From: Heptranchias perlo
Lineage: Eukaryota
Reading direction: 5' to 3'
DNA length: 64,000 nt
NCBI RefSeq assembly: GCF_035084215.1
Contig: NC_090326.1
Location: 2,232,001-2,296,000, forward strand
Each line of letters begins with the position of its first letter. Position 1 is the first letter of the stretch. A program made the position numbers and the translations under genes. The notes under the pieces are model-generated. The model was given only the letters and a program-made list of their open reading frames with translations, had not been told where the DNA came from and searched no databases. Positions 47,830 through 59,959 of the stretch are shown piece after piece.

Positions 47830-50385
47830 GTCCTCCTGTGCTCCAGAACTAGCCGCGGCTCCAGCCAAACTGTCCTACTAGAGTTACAACACTGATATCT
47901 ACCAGACAATTTGGAAAATTGCGCAGGTATGTCCTGTCCACAAAAAAACAGGACAAATCCAAACCGGCCAAATACTGCCCCATCAGTCTGATCTCAATCA
48001 TCAGCAATGTGTTGGAAGGTGTCATCGACAGTGCTATCAAGCGGCACATACTCACCATTATCCTGCACACCGATGCTCAGTTTGTATTCCGCCAGTACCA
48101 CGATGCTCCAGATGTCATTATAGCCTTGAACCAAACATGGACAAAAGAGCTCAATTCCAGAGGTGCAATGAGAGTGGCAGCCCTTGACATCAAGACTGCA
48201 TTTGACCAAATGTGGAATCCAGGAGCCCGAGTAAAATTGAAGGCAATTTGAATCAGGAGGAAGACTCTCCAGTGGCTGGAGTGATACCTAGCAAAATGGA
48301 AGATGGTAGAGGTTGTTGGAGGCCAATCGTCTCAGCCACAGGATATTGCTGCAGGAGTTCCCCAGGGCAGTGTCCTTGCCCAAACATCTTCAGCTGTTTC
48401 ATCAATGAACTTCTCTCTATCATAAGGTCAGAAATGGGTATGTTCGCTGATGATTGCACAGTCTTCAGTTCCATTCGTAACTCCTCAGATAACGAAGCAG
48501 TCCATGCCAGCATGCAACAAGACCTGGTCAACATTCAGGCTTGGGCGTATAAGTGCAAAGTATACCATCTACAAGGCACATGTCCGGATCTACGGGCATT
48601 TGGAGAGTCAGGGACTGATTTGGAACAGTCAGCATGGTTTTGTGAGAGGAAAATCATGTCTCACAAATTTGATTGAGTTTTTTGAAGGGGTAACCAAGAA
48701 GATAGATGAGGGCTGTGCAGTAGACGTGGCCTACATGGACTTTAGCAAAGCCTTTGACAAGGTACCGCATGGTAGGTTGTTACATAAGGTTAAATCTCAC
48801 GGGATCCAAGGTGAGGTAGCCAATTGGATACAAAATTGGATTGACGGCAGAAGACAGAGGGTGGTTGTAGAGGGTTGTTTTTCAAACTGGAGGCCTGTGA
48901 CCAGCGGTGTGCCTCAGGGATCGGTGCTGGGTCCGCTGTTATTTGTTATTTATATTAATGATTTGGATGAGAAATTAGGAGGCATGGTTAGTAAGTTTGC
49001 AGATGACACCAAGATTGGTGGCATTGTGGACAGTGAAGAATGTTATCGAGGATTGCAACGGGATCTTGATCAATTGGGCCAGTGGGCCGATGCATGGCAG
49101 ATGGAGTTTAATTTAGATAAATGTGAGGTGATGCATTTTGGTAGATCAAATCGGGCCAGGACCTACTCCGTTAATGGTAGGGCGTTGGGGAGAGTTATAG
49201 AACAAAGAAATCTCGGAGTACAGGTTCATAGCTCCTTGAAAGTGGAATCACAGGTGGATAGGATGGTGAAGAAGGCATTCAGCATGCTTGGTTTCATTGG
49301 TCAGAACATTGAATACAGGAGTTGGGATGTCTTGTTGAAGTTGTACAGGGCATTGGTGAGGCCACACTTGGAGTACTGTGTACAGTTCTGGTCACCCTAT
49401 TATAGAAAGGATATTATTAAACTAGAAAGAGTGCGGAAAAGATTTACTAGGATGCTACCGGGACTTGATGGTTTGACTTATCGGGAGAGGTTGGATAGGC
49501 TGAGACTTTTTTCCCTGGAGAGCAGGAGGTTTCGGGGTGATCTTATAGAAGTCTCTAAAATAACGAGGGGCATAGATAAGGTCGATCGTCAAAATCTTTT
49601 CCCAAAGGTAGGGGAGTCTATAACGAGGGGGCATAGATTTAAGGTGAGAGGGGAGAGATTCAACAGGGTCCAGAGGGGCAATTTTTTTCACTCAAAGGGT
49701 GGTGAGTGTCTGGAACGATCTGCCAGAGGCAGAAGTAGAGGAGGGTACAATTTTGTCTTTTAAAAATCATTTGGACAGTTACATGGGTAAGATGGGTATA
49801 GAGGGATATGGGCCAAGTGCAGGCAATTGGGACTGGCTTAGTGGTATAAACTGGGCCGAAGGGCCTGTTTCCATGTTGTAAACTTCTATGATTCTATGAT
49901 GAAACACTGTCCACTTGCCTGGATGAGTGGAGCTCCAGGACAAAGCAGCCCGCTTGATTGGCACCTCATTCACCACCTGAAACATTCACTCCCTTCACTA
50001 CTGGCGCACTGTGGCTGCGGTGTGTACCATCTGCAGGATGCACTGCAACAACTCGCCAAGGCTTCTTCTACATCACCCTCCACACCCGCGACCTCCACCA
50101 CCTAGAAGGACAAGGGCAGCATGCACATGCAAACAACACCACCTTCAAGTTCTCCTCCAAGTCACACAGCATCCCGACTTGGAAATATATTGCCGTTCCT
50201 TCATCGTCGCTGGGTCAAAATCCTGGAACTCCCTTTCTAACAACACTGTGGGAGAACCTGCAGCACACGGACTGCAGCGGTTAAAGAAGGCGGCTCACCA
50301 CCACCTTCTCAAGGGCAATTAGGGATGGGCAACAAATGCTGGCCTTTCCAGCGTCTCCCACACCCTCAGAGCCAAATAAAAAAAA
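47830..50385 (+). mobile_element. LINE family B (47830-48585 plus 49897-50385) interrupted by a young CR1
   Basis: KYCPISLIS, ALDIKTAFD, MFADDCT on the left; the sequence resumes at gatgaaacactgtccacttgcc on the right; tail gccaaataaaaaaaa. Confidence 0.88.
48586..49896 (+). mobile_element. Young 5'-truncated CR1 (RT to 3' UTR)
   Basis: Open RT frame SQHGF..YMDFSKAFDKV..FADDTK; tail ttctatgattctatg; near-identical to 13241-14398. Confidence 0.94.
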
Positions 50386-50516
50386 GAATCATCGTCGTAA
50401 TCTTTCCATCACAAGCTGTTCTCTGGCAGACTGCACACACAAACGCAAGGTATCACATCGCACACTATTTCCCCCAATTAATTGCAAGTTTCAATGCTCT
50501 CTGACAAAATTGAGAA

Positions 50517-50702
50517 ATCTGGTGAAATTGGGTCTTCGGCAGTATTGCAAAATGAGAGATAGAGCATCAGCCGCCCATTTTTTTGTTGGCCCTATTTTCC
50601 GAACAACAGGCTTCAATGTAAAAGGAAATCAGAAAGATTGTAGAATGGGCTGCTGATACTTTAACTCCTGTTTTACAATACTGCCCCAGACCAATTTATA
50701 CC
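50517..50702. mobile_element. Palindromic MITE-like element
   Basis: aaattgggtc..ggcagtattgcaaaa pairs with ttttacaatactgcc..gaccaattt; inner gcatcagccgcccatt pairs with aatgggctgctgatac. Confidence 0.65.
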
Positions 50703-50930
50703 CTAAGGTTCACAAAGCTTTCCACAGCTCATGTCTGGGTCTGCTGGAGAACAATTTATACTCTAAGGTTCAAAATGATGTCCACAGCTCATGTCTCGGT
50801 CTGCTGGAGACCAATTTATACACTGAGGTTCAAAAGATTTCAAGAGCTCATGTCTGGATATGCTGTGTGCCAATTTATACCCGAAGGTTCGCAAAGCTTT
50901 CCACAGCTCATATCTGAGTCTGCTGTATAC
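50691..50930. repeat. 60-bp tandem repeat, 4 copies
   Basis: caatttata at 50692, 50752, 50812 and 50871, each followed by aggttc...agctcatgtctg. Confidence 0.9.
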
Positions 50931-50941
50931 ACATTGGGGTG

Positions 50942-51392
50942 TAGAATCATAGGAATAGATACAGCATGGAAGGAGGCCATTCGGCTCATCCGGTCGGCGC
51001 AGGCTCAATGCAAGAGAAATTCAGCAAGTCCCACTCTCCCGCCCTATACCCGTCGCCCTGCAATTTTTCCCTTTCAAGTACTTATCCAGATCTGTTTTTA
51101 AAGGTCATGATTAAAAGTACCTCCACCACCCCTTCGGGCTGTGCATTCCAGATCCTAACCACGCGCTTTATAAACAGTTTTTCCAAATGTCACCTTTGAT
51201 TCTTTTGCCAATCTTTGTCCTCTGGTCCTTGACGCTTCCGCCAATGGGAACAGTTTCTCTGTATCTACACTTTCTGGACCCTTTATAATTTTGAATACCT
51301 CTATCAAATCTCCTCGCAATCGTCTCTATTCCAAGGAGAACAACTCCTGCTTCTCCAGTCTATCCACGTCGCTAAAGTCCATCATCCCTGTA
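50942..51392 (-). mobile_element. CR1 3' fragment
   Basis: tagaatcatagg tail; similar to 6950-7345 in reverse. Confidence 0.8.
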
Positions 51393-51404
51393 ATCCTTGT
51401 CGAT

Positions 51405-51580
51405 TGGGATTTTGTGCAATTGTGTAAAACGGGTGATAGCCAATGCGCAGCCCGTTTTCCATCTCCCGATTTTCATTTCCATTGACTTCAATCACATAAA
51501 AATTGGAGAGATGTAAAAGGGAGTGTCGATTCACTCAAACCCGTTTCACACGATCTCAATATGTCACAATCTACCCCATA
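51405..51580. mobile_element. Palindromic MITE-like element centred on ccattgacttcaat
   Basis: tgtgtaaaacgggt pairs with acccgtttcacac; catctcccgatttt pairs with aaaattggagagatg. Confidence 0.7.
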
Positions 51581-52517
51581 GATGGAGATCGAAAGCTAAG
51601 ATTAATCATCAACTCCAGAATCATTTTATCGAAATAGATGGACTTCGATCATTTTCTTGTCCAGCATTACTTATGTGCTTAATTTCTCCCCACTGAGATG
51701 ATGTTGATATATAATTATCATTGTATCTCCACTTTCAGTCCCCGATAATCTGTTATTCCTCATCTGCTCCATGAGGTGATTTTTATATTTATGCCCTTGT
51801 TTATTCCCAGCATTTGTTCCTTTCTTCATCTTTCTCTCACTCACTCGCATCGTGATTTTGATGTTTAAATCTGTATTCCCACTTTCAGAACCTATCTTTG
51901 TGATTTCCTTGTATCCCTCTAGAATTTATGGTTAGATTTAAATATTTGTTGATTCCCAGTATCAGATCCTTCAACGAATTTATTCGCTCTCTTCATCCTG
52001 CGGTGATTCTCATGCTTAATCTCTGCTCATTTCTAATTTAATTCCCTCTCGGTATTTATTTCCTTTTTCCCTTCCTTTGGGGACTTATGTCTTTGAATTT
52101 ATGTCTGTTCCCCAGTTTCAGACTGTCTCTCTGTGTTTTCTCTCTTTCCTTCCTGGGAGATCAATATTACATATAAACCTCTGTACCTATGTGCAGCATA
52201 GTGTATAATGTAACAAGTAGGATGGGTTAAGAACACAAAAGTCAGTATTAATGTATTCCGAGAATATATTCTGTGTGATAGAGGTTACACGTGGTTAGGT
52301 TAGGTCGTTAGAATTCCGCAGGGGAAGGCAAAGTATGTTGAAGGTGTCAGGTTAATTCAATTTAAAGAAACATCAAAGGGCTTGTGTAAAATATATCGAT
52401 AGTTTGGTGACAACACATATGTTTTAGCTATTAGTATTCTATTAAAATGTGATGTTCCTAACCATGCAAAATAGTCCCATCTTCCACATGAATAAAACAT
52501 AAATTCCAGTCAGATCT

Positions 52518-54330
52518 TGTTATACTGAGAGACACGGAGAGGGTTCATTTGCTGTTTCTGTTAAACCCCACTGTTGCACTATAATTAATGATACAAAACC
52601 AGTGACAATGGCACTCGCTGGTGTTTATCACAAAGGCAGCGGCGCAGTGAAGGAATTAAGCACCGAACGTGAACGTCTGCAAAAAGAACGGATTAACATT
52701 TGGTTATTGCAATTTAATGCTTTGGGAGGAGAGACCAGACATTCGGAGGAAAGGTCAAATTAGTCATTTTGTGTAGAGAGTGCAATTCTAGCTTCTATTA
52801 AATAAATGAGGGTAAAATTGGACTCAATCTGAAATTAGTTTTGATCTGGGATTTCGTTAATTTCTCAATTATTCGTATTTTTTTATTTAATCTGAAACAA
52901 TAACAGTATATATAACAGTAACGGAGCAGGAGAGTGTTGCGGGACCTTGCCCAGTTTAGTAGCAATGCAGAATGAGTAAAAATAGAGTGTGATTTATTAC
53001 AGAATACAGCAGCTCACTGGCAAAGCTACACATGATGCAGATGTAGGAGAAAATAAATGCTTAGTGATTTCACACTTTAATTCAGGGCGAAGCCTTTTTA
53101 CCCCCACAAGGTTTAATTTTACATTTAAATTAATGGGTTCTTTTTCCTAAAGAAACTTCAGGCAAAACCATGGCTGTATAAAGAAAACAATCATATATTT
53201 TTAATACACTAGAAAAAACGACATTAGATCTTAAATAATATCTTGAGTTTGTACCCGATTTAGAATTGCTTCAACAATAATAAATCGCTCTTTCTGGATA
53301 CCCAAATGCATAACCATTTGGGAATCAAATGCCCATCTTAGACAAACGCCATACCGAAAGTTATATACAGATGGTTGGCTCAAGCTTGCCGGGATGATTC
53401 CAGGTATTTTGATGGATACTGTTGTAGTGTAGCGTGGTTTTCACTTGTAGCCAGCTCATCTGCTTCACAAGCAACCTGTAAACCTACATCGAGACATCAA
53501 ATTGTGATGTAGCGAACAGTCATGAGCAGGTGAGGTGGCGCTGCCAGGAAGCGAAAGGTGAGGTTGGAGCAGTCGTGATGGATCTGTGTCTCTCCCCACT
53601 CAAAATCTGCACAGCATTTAAAGACCTTTTTAACACAGAACCACACCTCTGGGGCGGTGGCTTTTCAACAACAGGTTCCTATAGATAAAACCCACGGTTG
53701 ATTGACACTTCACTTGTTTTCTCTCCGTGTCCACAACGTAACCATGTTAAGTCGGCAGGTATTCAAACGACCTCTAGCCCTCCTGGAATCTTGCTTGTTG
53801 ATCTATCATCTGCTGTGCGATCTTTTAGAATGTGACGATAACAATCCTTTTAGCCGTCCTTCCACTTTTTAAGAGTCCTTTTTCTTCAGATATGTTGAAG
53901 CCGATTTAGTATCAGGCTTTGGTTCATCAGATGAATTTTTACTGCACAGAACAGCTGGGAAAACTTCTGCGGTAAGTTATGGCTAAGATCTGCTGCGCAA
54001 GACTGAATGATTTTATTGTACAGCCTTCAGGCATCACATATAGAACTGTCAGAAATAAATCTAAAATAGTGTTACCCAAGAACAAACATTAATTGTCCTG
54101 CCTGCTTCATTGCTGATGTTCTGCTAGTCAGCACTCTCACAATCCAAGCTTATTACGCAGTTTGTTTGGTTATTTAATGCTTTCTGTGCTCTATTCTCAC
54201 TCCTGTCTCCATCCTCCTGTCACTCTGTATGTTTGTCCGTCTTTCATTGTGTCTGTTCTCTGTGTACACCGTTTATTCCTGTTTATTTTCTATGTGTTTT
54301 TCTATCTTGTTATTTCCACTTCTACCTTAA
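52518..54330. repeat. Copy B of the ~1.8-kb direct repeat (core TGTTAT...CTCTCACA, 52518-54141)
   Basis: Colinear with 49-1880, same orientation, followed by a CT-rich tract. Confidence 0.85.
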
Positions 54331-55109
54331 TTTCTGATTCTCTTCTTCTGTTTATGTCTCTATCTTATTTCTAACTGTTACTCATGGGTTGTTTTTCGAT
54401 GCGCCTCTCTCTCTCTCTGCCTGTATGTCGCTGCCTGTCTTCTCTCTCTGCATTTTCTGTCTTCTATTACACCTGCCTCCCTGTCCCTGTCGCTTGTTGT
54501 CTCTCTCTGTAACTTCATCCGTCTGTTTATTTTTCCACCCCTGCCTCCGTATGTTTCTCTCTCTTTCTGTTTGCCTCTGTCTGTCTATTGCTTTGTTTTT
54601 TTTCTGTGTATCTACTTTTCCCTTTTCTTTTGCTCTATCTATTTCTGCCTGCTTCCCTTTTCACCTGTCTTTGTTTCATTCTGTTTATTTCTCACTCTCT
54701 CCTGCTCTGCTTCTGTCTATTTCTTTCTCCCTGTTTCTACTTGACTTCTCGATCTCATCTTTGCATCAATTTCTTTATTTCATTCCATTTCTTTCAATCT
54801 CTCTCTTAATCATTGTACTTCTCCCACTCTCTCCGGTTTTCTATTTTTTCTCCGTGCTTTCTATTCCTCTTTCTATCTTTCCCTTGCTATATTTTTATCT
54901 CTGACACTCTTCTGCTCGGCCTCACTTTCAGTCTCTAGTTATTTTTGTTTGATTTCTTCTGCCTATTTATCTCCCCGCTTCCATCACTTTGTATTAAATT
55001 TAAAATCTCCCCTCCCCCGGGTTGGAACCTCAAGTCGAGACACCACGTACCCACATCACCATCAAGCGCCAAACCTGCTCCCACTTCAGGCTCAGTTCAG
55101 CACAGCTGT

Positions 55110-55340
55110 GGAATAAGTACACTGACACAGGTTAGGTCCAATCCATATATTCATCTCCAACCAACGTCAGCTAATGTTCGGCACTGCTCGGGATTAGCTA
55201 TACTGATGAGAGAGCCCAGTCCACACCTTCATCTCCGACTGATGTCAACTAGAGTTTGGCAATGCTCGGGAGTAAAACTGCACTGACACTGGTTAGGGCC
55301 CAGTCCATGCAGTCATCTCCGACCGATAGCGGCTGGGAGT
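55110..55340. repeat. Three diverged ~78-bp tandem units
   Basis: tcatctcc(a/g)ac at ~55151, 55229 and 55313, preceded by actgacac..ggttagg..cca(a/g)tcca. Confidence 0.65.
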
Positions 55341-56414
55341 CCACCTTGGGACTGAAGAGGAAAGTTTCGAGGGTTGGGTGAATGGTCCGGTTGTTGCCAC
55401 AGTGGGTTAGAGTGGTACCAGCTGGTTAAGGCTAATCGCCAACCAATTCCTGCCATCACAATCCACACCATCGGATGAAGCCCCGGTACCGAGGATAAAG
55501 AGGAAAGGTCCTCCTTTGGCAGCAGCTGGCTCTGAGATGTACGCGCCTACTGGTGCCAGAATCAGGCTGGGTCTCCTAAGCACCAACATCTACTGTTGGT
55601 GAGACCTTCACCAGATGCATTCCTCTGTTGATACCAACTCAGCCCTGGGGCATTGGTTGGCGCCAGCTCAGGATCATCTATGCAGCGGGTGAGTTCCACT
55701 TTGGTGAGGGCAGTCACAGGTCTTCGTTCACTTTTTATTGATCTGTATCTCAACCCCAATTCCCCACCATTGTGAAGCCACCTTCAGCCGCTGCCTCCAA
55801 CTCCAGAGGGGCATCCAAATTCCAAGGGCTCACACTCCCAGGGAAGTAATGTATGCCCCAATGGCACCTTCCCCGAGTGGCAGGGGTTCATATCTCGAGG
55901 TTTTAAATCGATCGGCGCTCATATTAATGAAAACGTAGCTGATACCTCCGCCCTCATACCTGTTAATATGGCTCGCTATCACCTTCCCTCTAAGTTCAGC
56001 CCAAGGAAGCTGCCCGGAAGCTTCATGCATTCGGAATCTCCGTAGGGAGCCTGGGTCAGACGATGACTTGCATTTGCTGAGGCTTATTTAAGAATTCAAC
56101 ACAAGGGTGACAAAGAGTCTGAATCTGTCGGTTCTGGAAGTACCTGCACCTCGGGGGTTGAGACTTTACTTGGGGTTTTGCAAATCCTTAGGCCCCGACC
56201 TTTGCTGGATTCGTCCCACTAATCTCCAGGACAGTTTGGGCGGACGAATAAGCACGCTCCGGTTATGACTAAGGTCGATAGTGTCCATAGTGCCTCCACA
56301 ACCCTGCTTCACACCTTGCAGCTCTCTGCTCCAGCTGCTGCACTTCAGTCGTGAAAGCCCAGGAAATTCATCCTGTTCCACCTACCACCATCCAAATGGT
56401 GGGTCATGATAGTG

Positions 56415-57080
56415 TGACAGACCTTCCTGCAGGATTTGGCTCAGCAAGTCAGGCAGCATCTGATTGAGAAAGAAAGAGTTAACGTTTCAGGTCGATGATG
56501 AGAACTGGAAGTAGTTGAAAATGTAACAGTTTTAAGCAAGTTCAGAGTCAGGGAAAGGGTGAGGGTGAAGGGGGGAGGAAAGAACAAAAGGGAAGTCTCC
56601 GATTGGGTGGAGGGCAGGAGTGATTAAATGACCATCGGGATGATGGTGCAAGGAAAGGAGCGTGGTAATGAGACAAGTAAAGAAACAAAAGATGGGTCTA
56701 GAGGAGTGTAAATGGCAACAGCAGAATTATTACAAACATTTGCTGTCCGAAAAAAAAATGAGAGTAGTGGTTATGATCTGAAGTTATTAAAATCAACGTT
56801 GAGTACGGAAGGTTGTAAAGTGCCTGATCGGAAGATGAGGGGTGCTGTATTCCTCAAGCTTCAATTGCGCTTCATCGGAGCGGTGAAGGCGGCTGAGAGC
56901 AGAGACGTCAGAGTGCAAGCGGGACGGGGAATTAAATTGGCAGGAATGCCACGGTCACACCTGTGGACTGAGCGGAGGTGTTCAGCGAAGCGATTTCCCA
57001 ATCCGCGTATGGTCTCCCCAATGCAGAGGAGACCGCATCGTGAGTAGTGAATATGGTATACTAAATTCACAGACATGCAA
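56415..57080 (-). mobile_element. Penelope-like retroelement 3' fragment (GIY-YIG endonuclease remnant)
   Basis: NLVYHIHYSRCGLLCIGETIRGLGNRFAEHLRSV; adjacent ctcagcaagtcaggcagcatc..gttaacgtttcaggtcga pseudo-LTR-type tail. Confidence 0.85.
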
Positions 57081-57097
57081 ATAAAGGTGAGACTGAG

Positions 57098-58845
57098 TTT
57101 ATTTTATTCGTTCATGGGATGTGGGCGTCGTTGACGAGGCCGGCATTTATTGCCCATCCCTAATTGCCCTTCAGAAGGTGATGGTGAGCCGCCTTCTTGA
57201 ACCGCTGCAGTCCGTGTGGTGAAGGTTCTTCCACAGTGCTGTTAGGAAGGGAGTTCCAGGATTTTGACCCAGTGACGATGAAGCAGCGACGATATATTTC
57301 CAAGTCGGGATAGTGTGTGACTTGGAGGGGAACGTGCACGTGATGTTGTTCCCATGTGCCTGCTGCTCTTGTCCTTCTCGGTGGAAGAGGTCGCGGGTTT
57401 GGGAGATGCTGTCGAAGGAGCCTTGACGAGTTCCTTCAGTGCATCCTGTGGATGGTACACACTGCAGCGACAGTACGCCGGTGGTAAATGGATTGAATGT
57501 TTAAGTGGTGGATGGGGTGCCAATTAAGCGGGCTGCTTTGCCCTGGATGGTGTCGAGCTTTTTGAGTGTTGTTGGAGCTGCACTCATCCAGGAAAGTGGA
57601 GAGTATTCCATCACACTCCTGACTTTTGCCTTGGAGGTGAGTCATTCACCGCAGAATACCTGCTCTTGTAGCCGCAGTATTTATATGGCTGATCCAGTTC
57701 AGTTTTTGGTCAATGGTGACCCCCAGGATGTTGATGGTGGGGGATTTCGCGATGGTAATGCCGTTGAATGTCAAGGGAACGTGTTTAGACAATCTCTTGT
57801 TGGAGATAGTCATGGCCTGGCACTTGTCTGGCGCGAATGTTACTTGCCACTTATCAGCCCAAGCCTGGATGTTGTCCAGGTCTTTCTGTATTCGGGCACG
57901 GACTGCTTCATTATCTGAGGGGTTGCGAATGGAACTGAACACTGTGCAATCATCAGCGAACATCCCCATTTCTGGCCTTGTGATGGAGGGAAGGTCATTG
58001 ATGAAGCAGCTGAAGATGGTTGGGCCTGCGACACTGCCCCAAGGAACCCCTGCAGCAATGTCCTGCGTCTGAGCTGATTGGCCTCGAACAACCACTACCA
58101 TCTTTCATTTTGCTTATTATTACTCCAGAAACTAGAGAGTTTTCCCCCTGATTCCCATTGACTTCCATTTTACTCGGGCTCCTTGGTGCCACATTCGGTC
58201 AAATGATGTCTTGATGTCAAGGGCAGTCACTCTCACCTCACCTCAAGAATTCAGCTCTTTTGTCCATGCTTGGACCAAGGCTGTAATGAGGTCTGGAGCC
58301 GAGTAGTACTGGTGGAATCCAAACTGAGCATCAGTGAGCAGGTTATTGGTGAGTAAGTGCCGCTTGATAGAATTGTCGACGACACCTTCCATCACTTTTC
58401 TGATGATTGAGAGCAGACTGATGGGGCGGTAATTAGCCGGATTGGAATTGTCCTGCTTTTAGTGGACAGGGCATACCTGGGCAATTTTCCACATTGTCGG
58501 GTAGATGCCAGTGTTGTAGCTGTACTGGAACAGCTTGGCTAGAGGCGCAGCTTGTTCTGGAGCACAAATCTTCAGCACTATAGCCGTGATGTTGTCGTGG
58601 CCCACAGCCTTTGCTGTATCCAGTGCACTCAGTCGTTTCTTAATATCACGTGGAGTAAATCGAATTGGCTGAAGACTGGCTTCTGTGATGGTGGGGATAT
58701 CGGGAGGAGGCCGAGATGATTCATCCACTCGGCACTTCTGGCTGAAGATGGTTGCAAACGCTTTAGCCTTGTCTTTTGCACTCACGTGGTGGACTCTGCA
58801 TCATTGAGGATGGGTATGTTTGCAGATCCTCCTCCTGCTGTTCGT
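57098..58845 (-). mobile_element. LINE family B, RT to 3' end
   Basis: KLFQYSYNTGIYPTMWKIA, MFADDCT, LGVTIDQKLNW; tail matches 7805. Confidence 0.92.
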
Positions 58846-59125
58846 GCAATGAGTGATGCAGAGAAACTCCAACAGAGGGAGATAGATGAAGGTGAGACTG
58901 AGTGCAGTGAGTGATACAGAGAGGCATAAGAGGAGGGAGATGGATAAAGGTGAGACTGAGTACAGCGAGAGATGCAGAGAATCACCATTATAGGGGTGCA
59001 GATAAAGGTGAGACTGAGTGCAGTGAATGACACAAATGGACACAAGCAGAGGGAGAGAGATAAAGCTGAGACTGAGTACATTGAGTGATACAGAGACACA
59101 ACAGAGGGAGATAGATAAAGGTGTG
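58846..59125. repeat. ~55-60-bp purine-rich tandem repeat, about 5 copies
   Basis: Recurrent gataaaggtgagactgagt(g/a)cag..gatacagaga. Confidence 0.8.
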
Positions 59126-59959
59126 TATTGGAACAGGTACAGACACAGACAGTGATTTATTTAATATTGGTTGTAGTGAGCAATGTCCATCTTGTAATCA
59201 TGTGATTTTGTACAGCTATTTAAGGTGATGCTCTCTTCTATTCTGTTGAAACGAATGGACAAGGAGAGGTTCACTAAAAACAACCGGATGAACAATGATT
59301 CCTGAGTGGGTCAGACACTGGTCGATGCTCAATGTGTATAGCAATGGAGATAAACAAACTACAGAATATACAGTGTAAGCAGGGCAAATATGGTGAATCT
59401 CAGGGTCAAAAAGTGGAATGAGAGAGCGAGAGAGATAAAACAGCATATGGAGGAAAACCACAGGAACATAAAGGGAGCAGAGAAAAATCAATCAAAGGAG
59501 AGCTGAGAACTGCAGAGGGATCAGAGAAGCATGCAGCAGGGTGAATCCAGGCTGACTCATAATGGGGCAGAACAATGTACCTGTGCAGGTGAGTGAGGCT
59601 CCCTTCGGTGCATGATTCCGGGCTTTGTCTGTATTCTATGTTTCAAGAAGCCTGGCAGGGAGCAGCCCTTAGACAATGCTCCCAGTGAGACGCCTCACAC
59701 AGGCTTCAGGAAGGAACCATTTTGGACCCTGCACGTGGCAGGAGGCGCAGCACGCATGTGGTTACAGACAGACTCACCTTGGACTCTCCCACACCTGAGG
59801 GGCTGGGGTTAAGGTGGGGCAAAGCAGTTACATGTTAGGTGAGAGGATTTGGACTGGGAGGAGACGACTTTTGAGTGACAAGTCTCGGCTATAACAGAGG
59901 AGGGAAACTGACAAACGCCCTCGCTTGCCCCAGGGATGTGCTACTGCAGTCATGTCCGT

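Noticed and set aside
48450-49763. 437-aa ORF as a gene or novel chimeric protein
   Set aside because: The N-terminus is mostly off-frame LINE B sequence read into a truncated CR1 insertion, and the C-terminus is frameshifted.
49-54330. A single giant 54-kb LTR element bounded by the two 1.8-kb repeats
   Set aside because: No PBS/PPT or dedicated internal genes adjoin the repeats, and the shared right flank argues for duplication instead.
59210-59595. Possible exon bounded by ttttgtacag and caggtgagt
   Set aside because: All three plus-strand frames contain stops and no recognisable protein motif was found.
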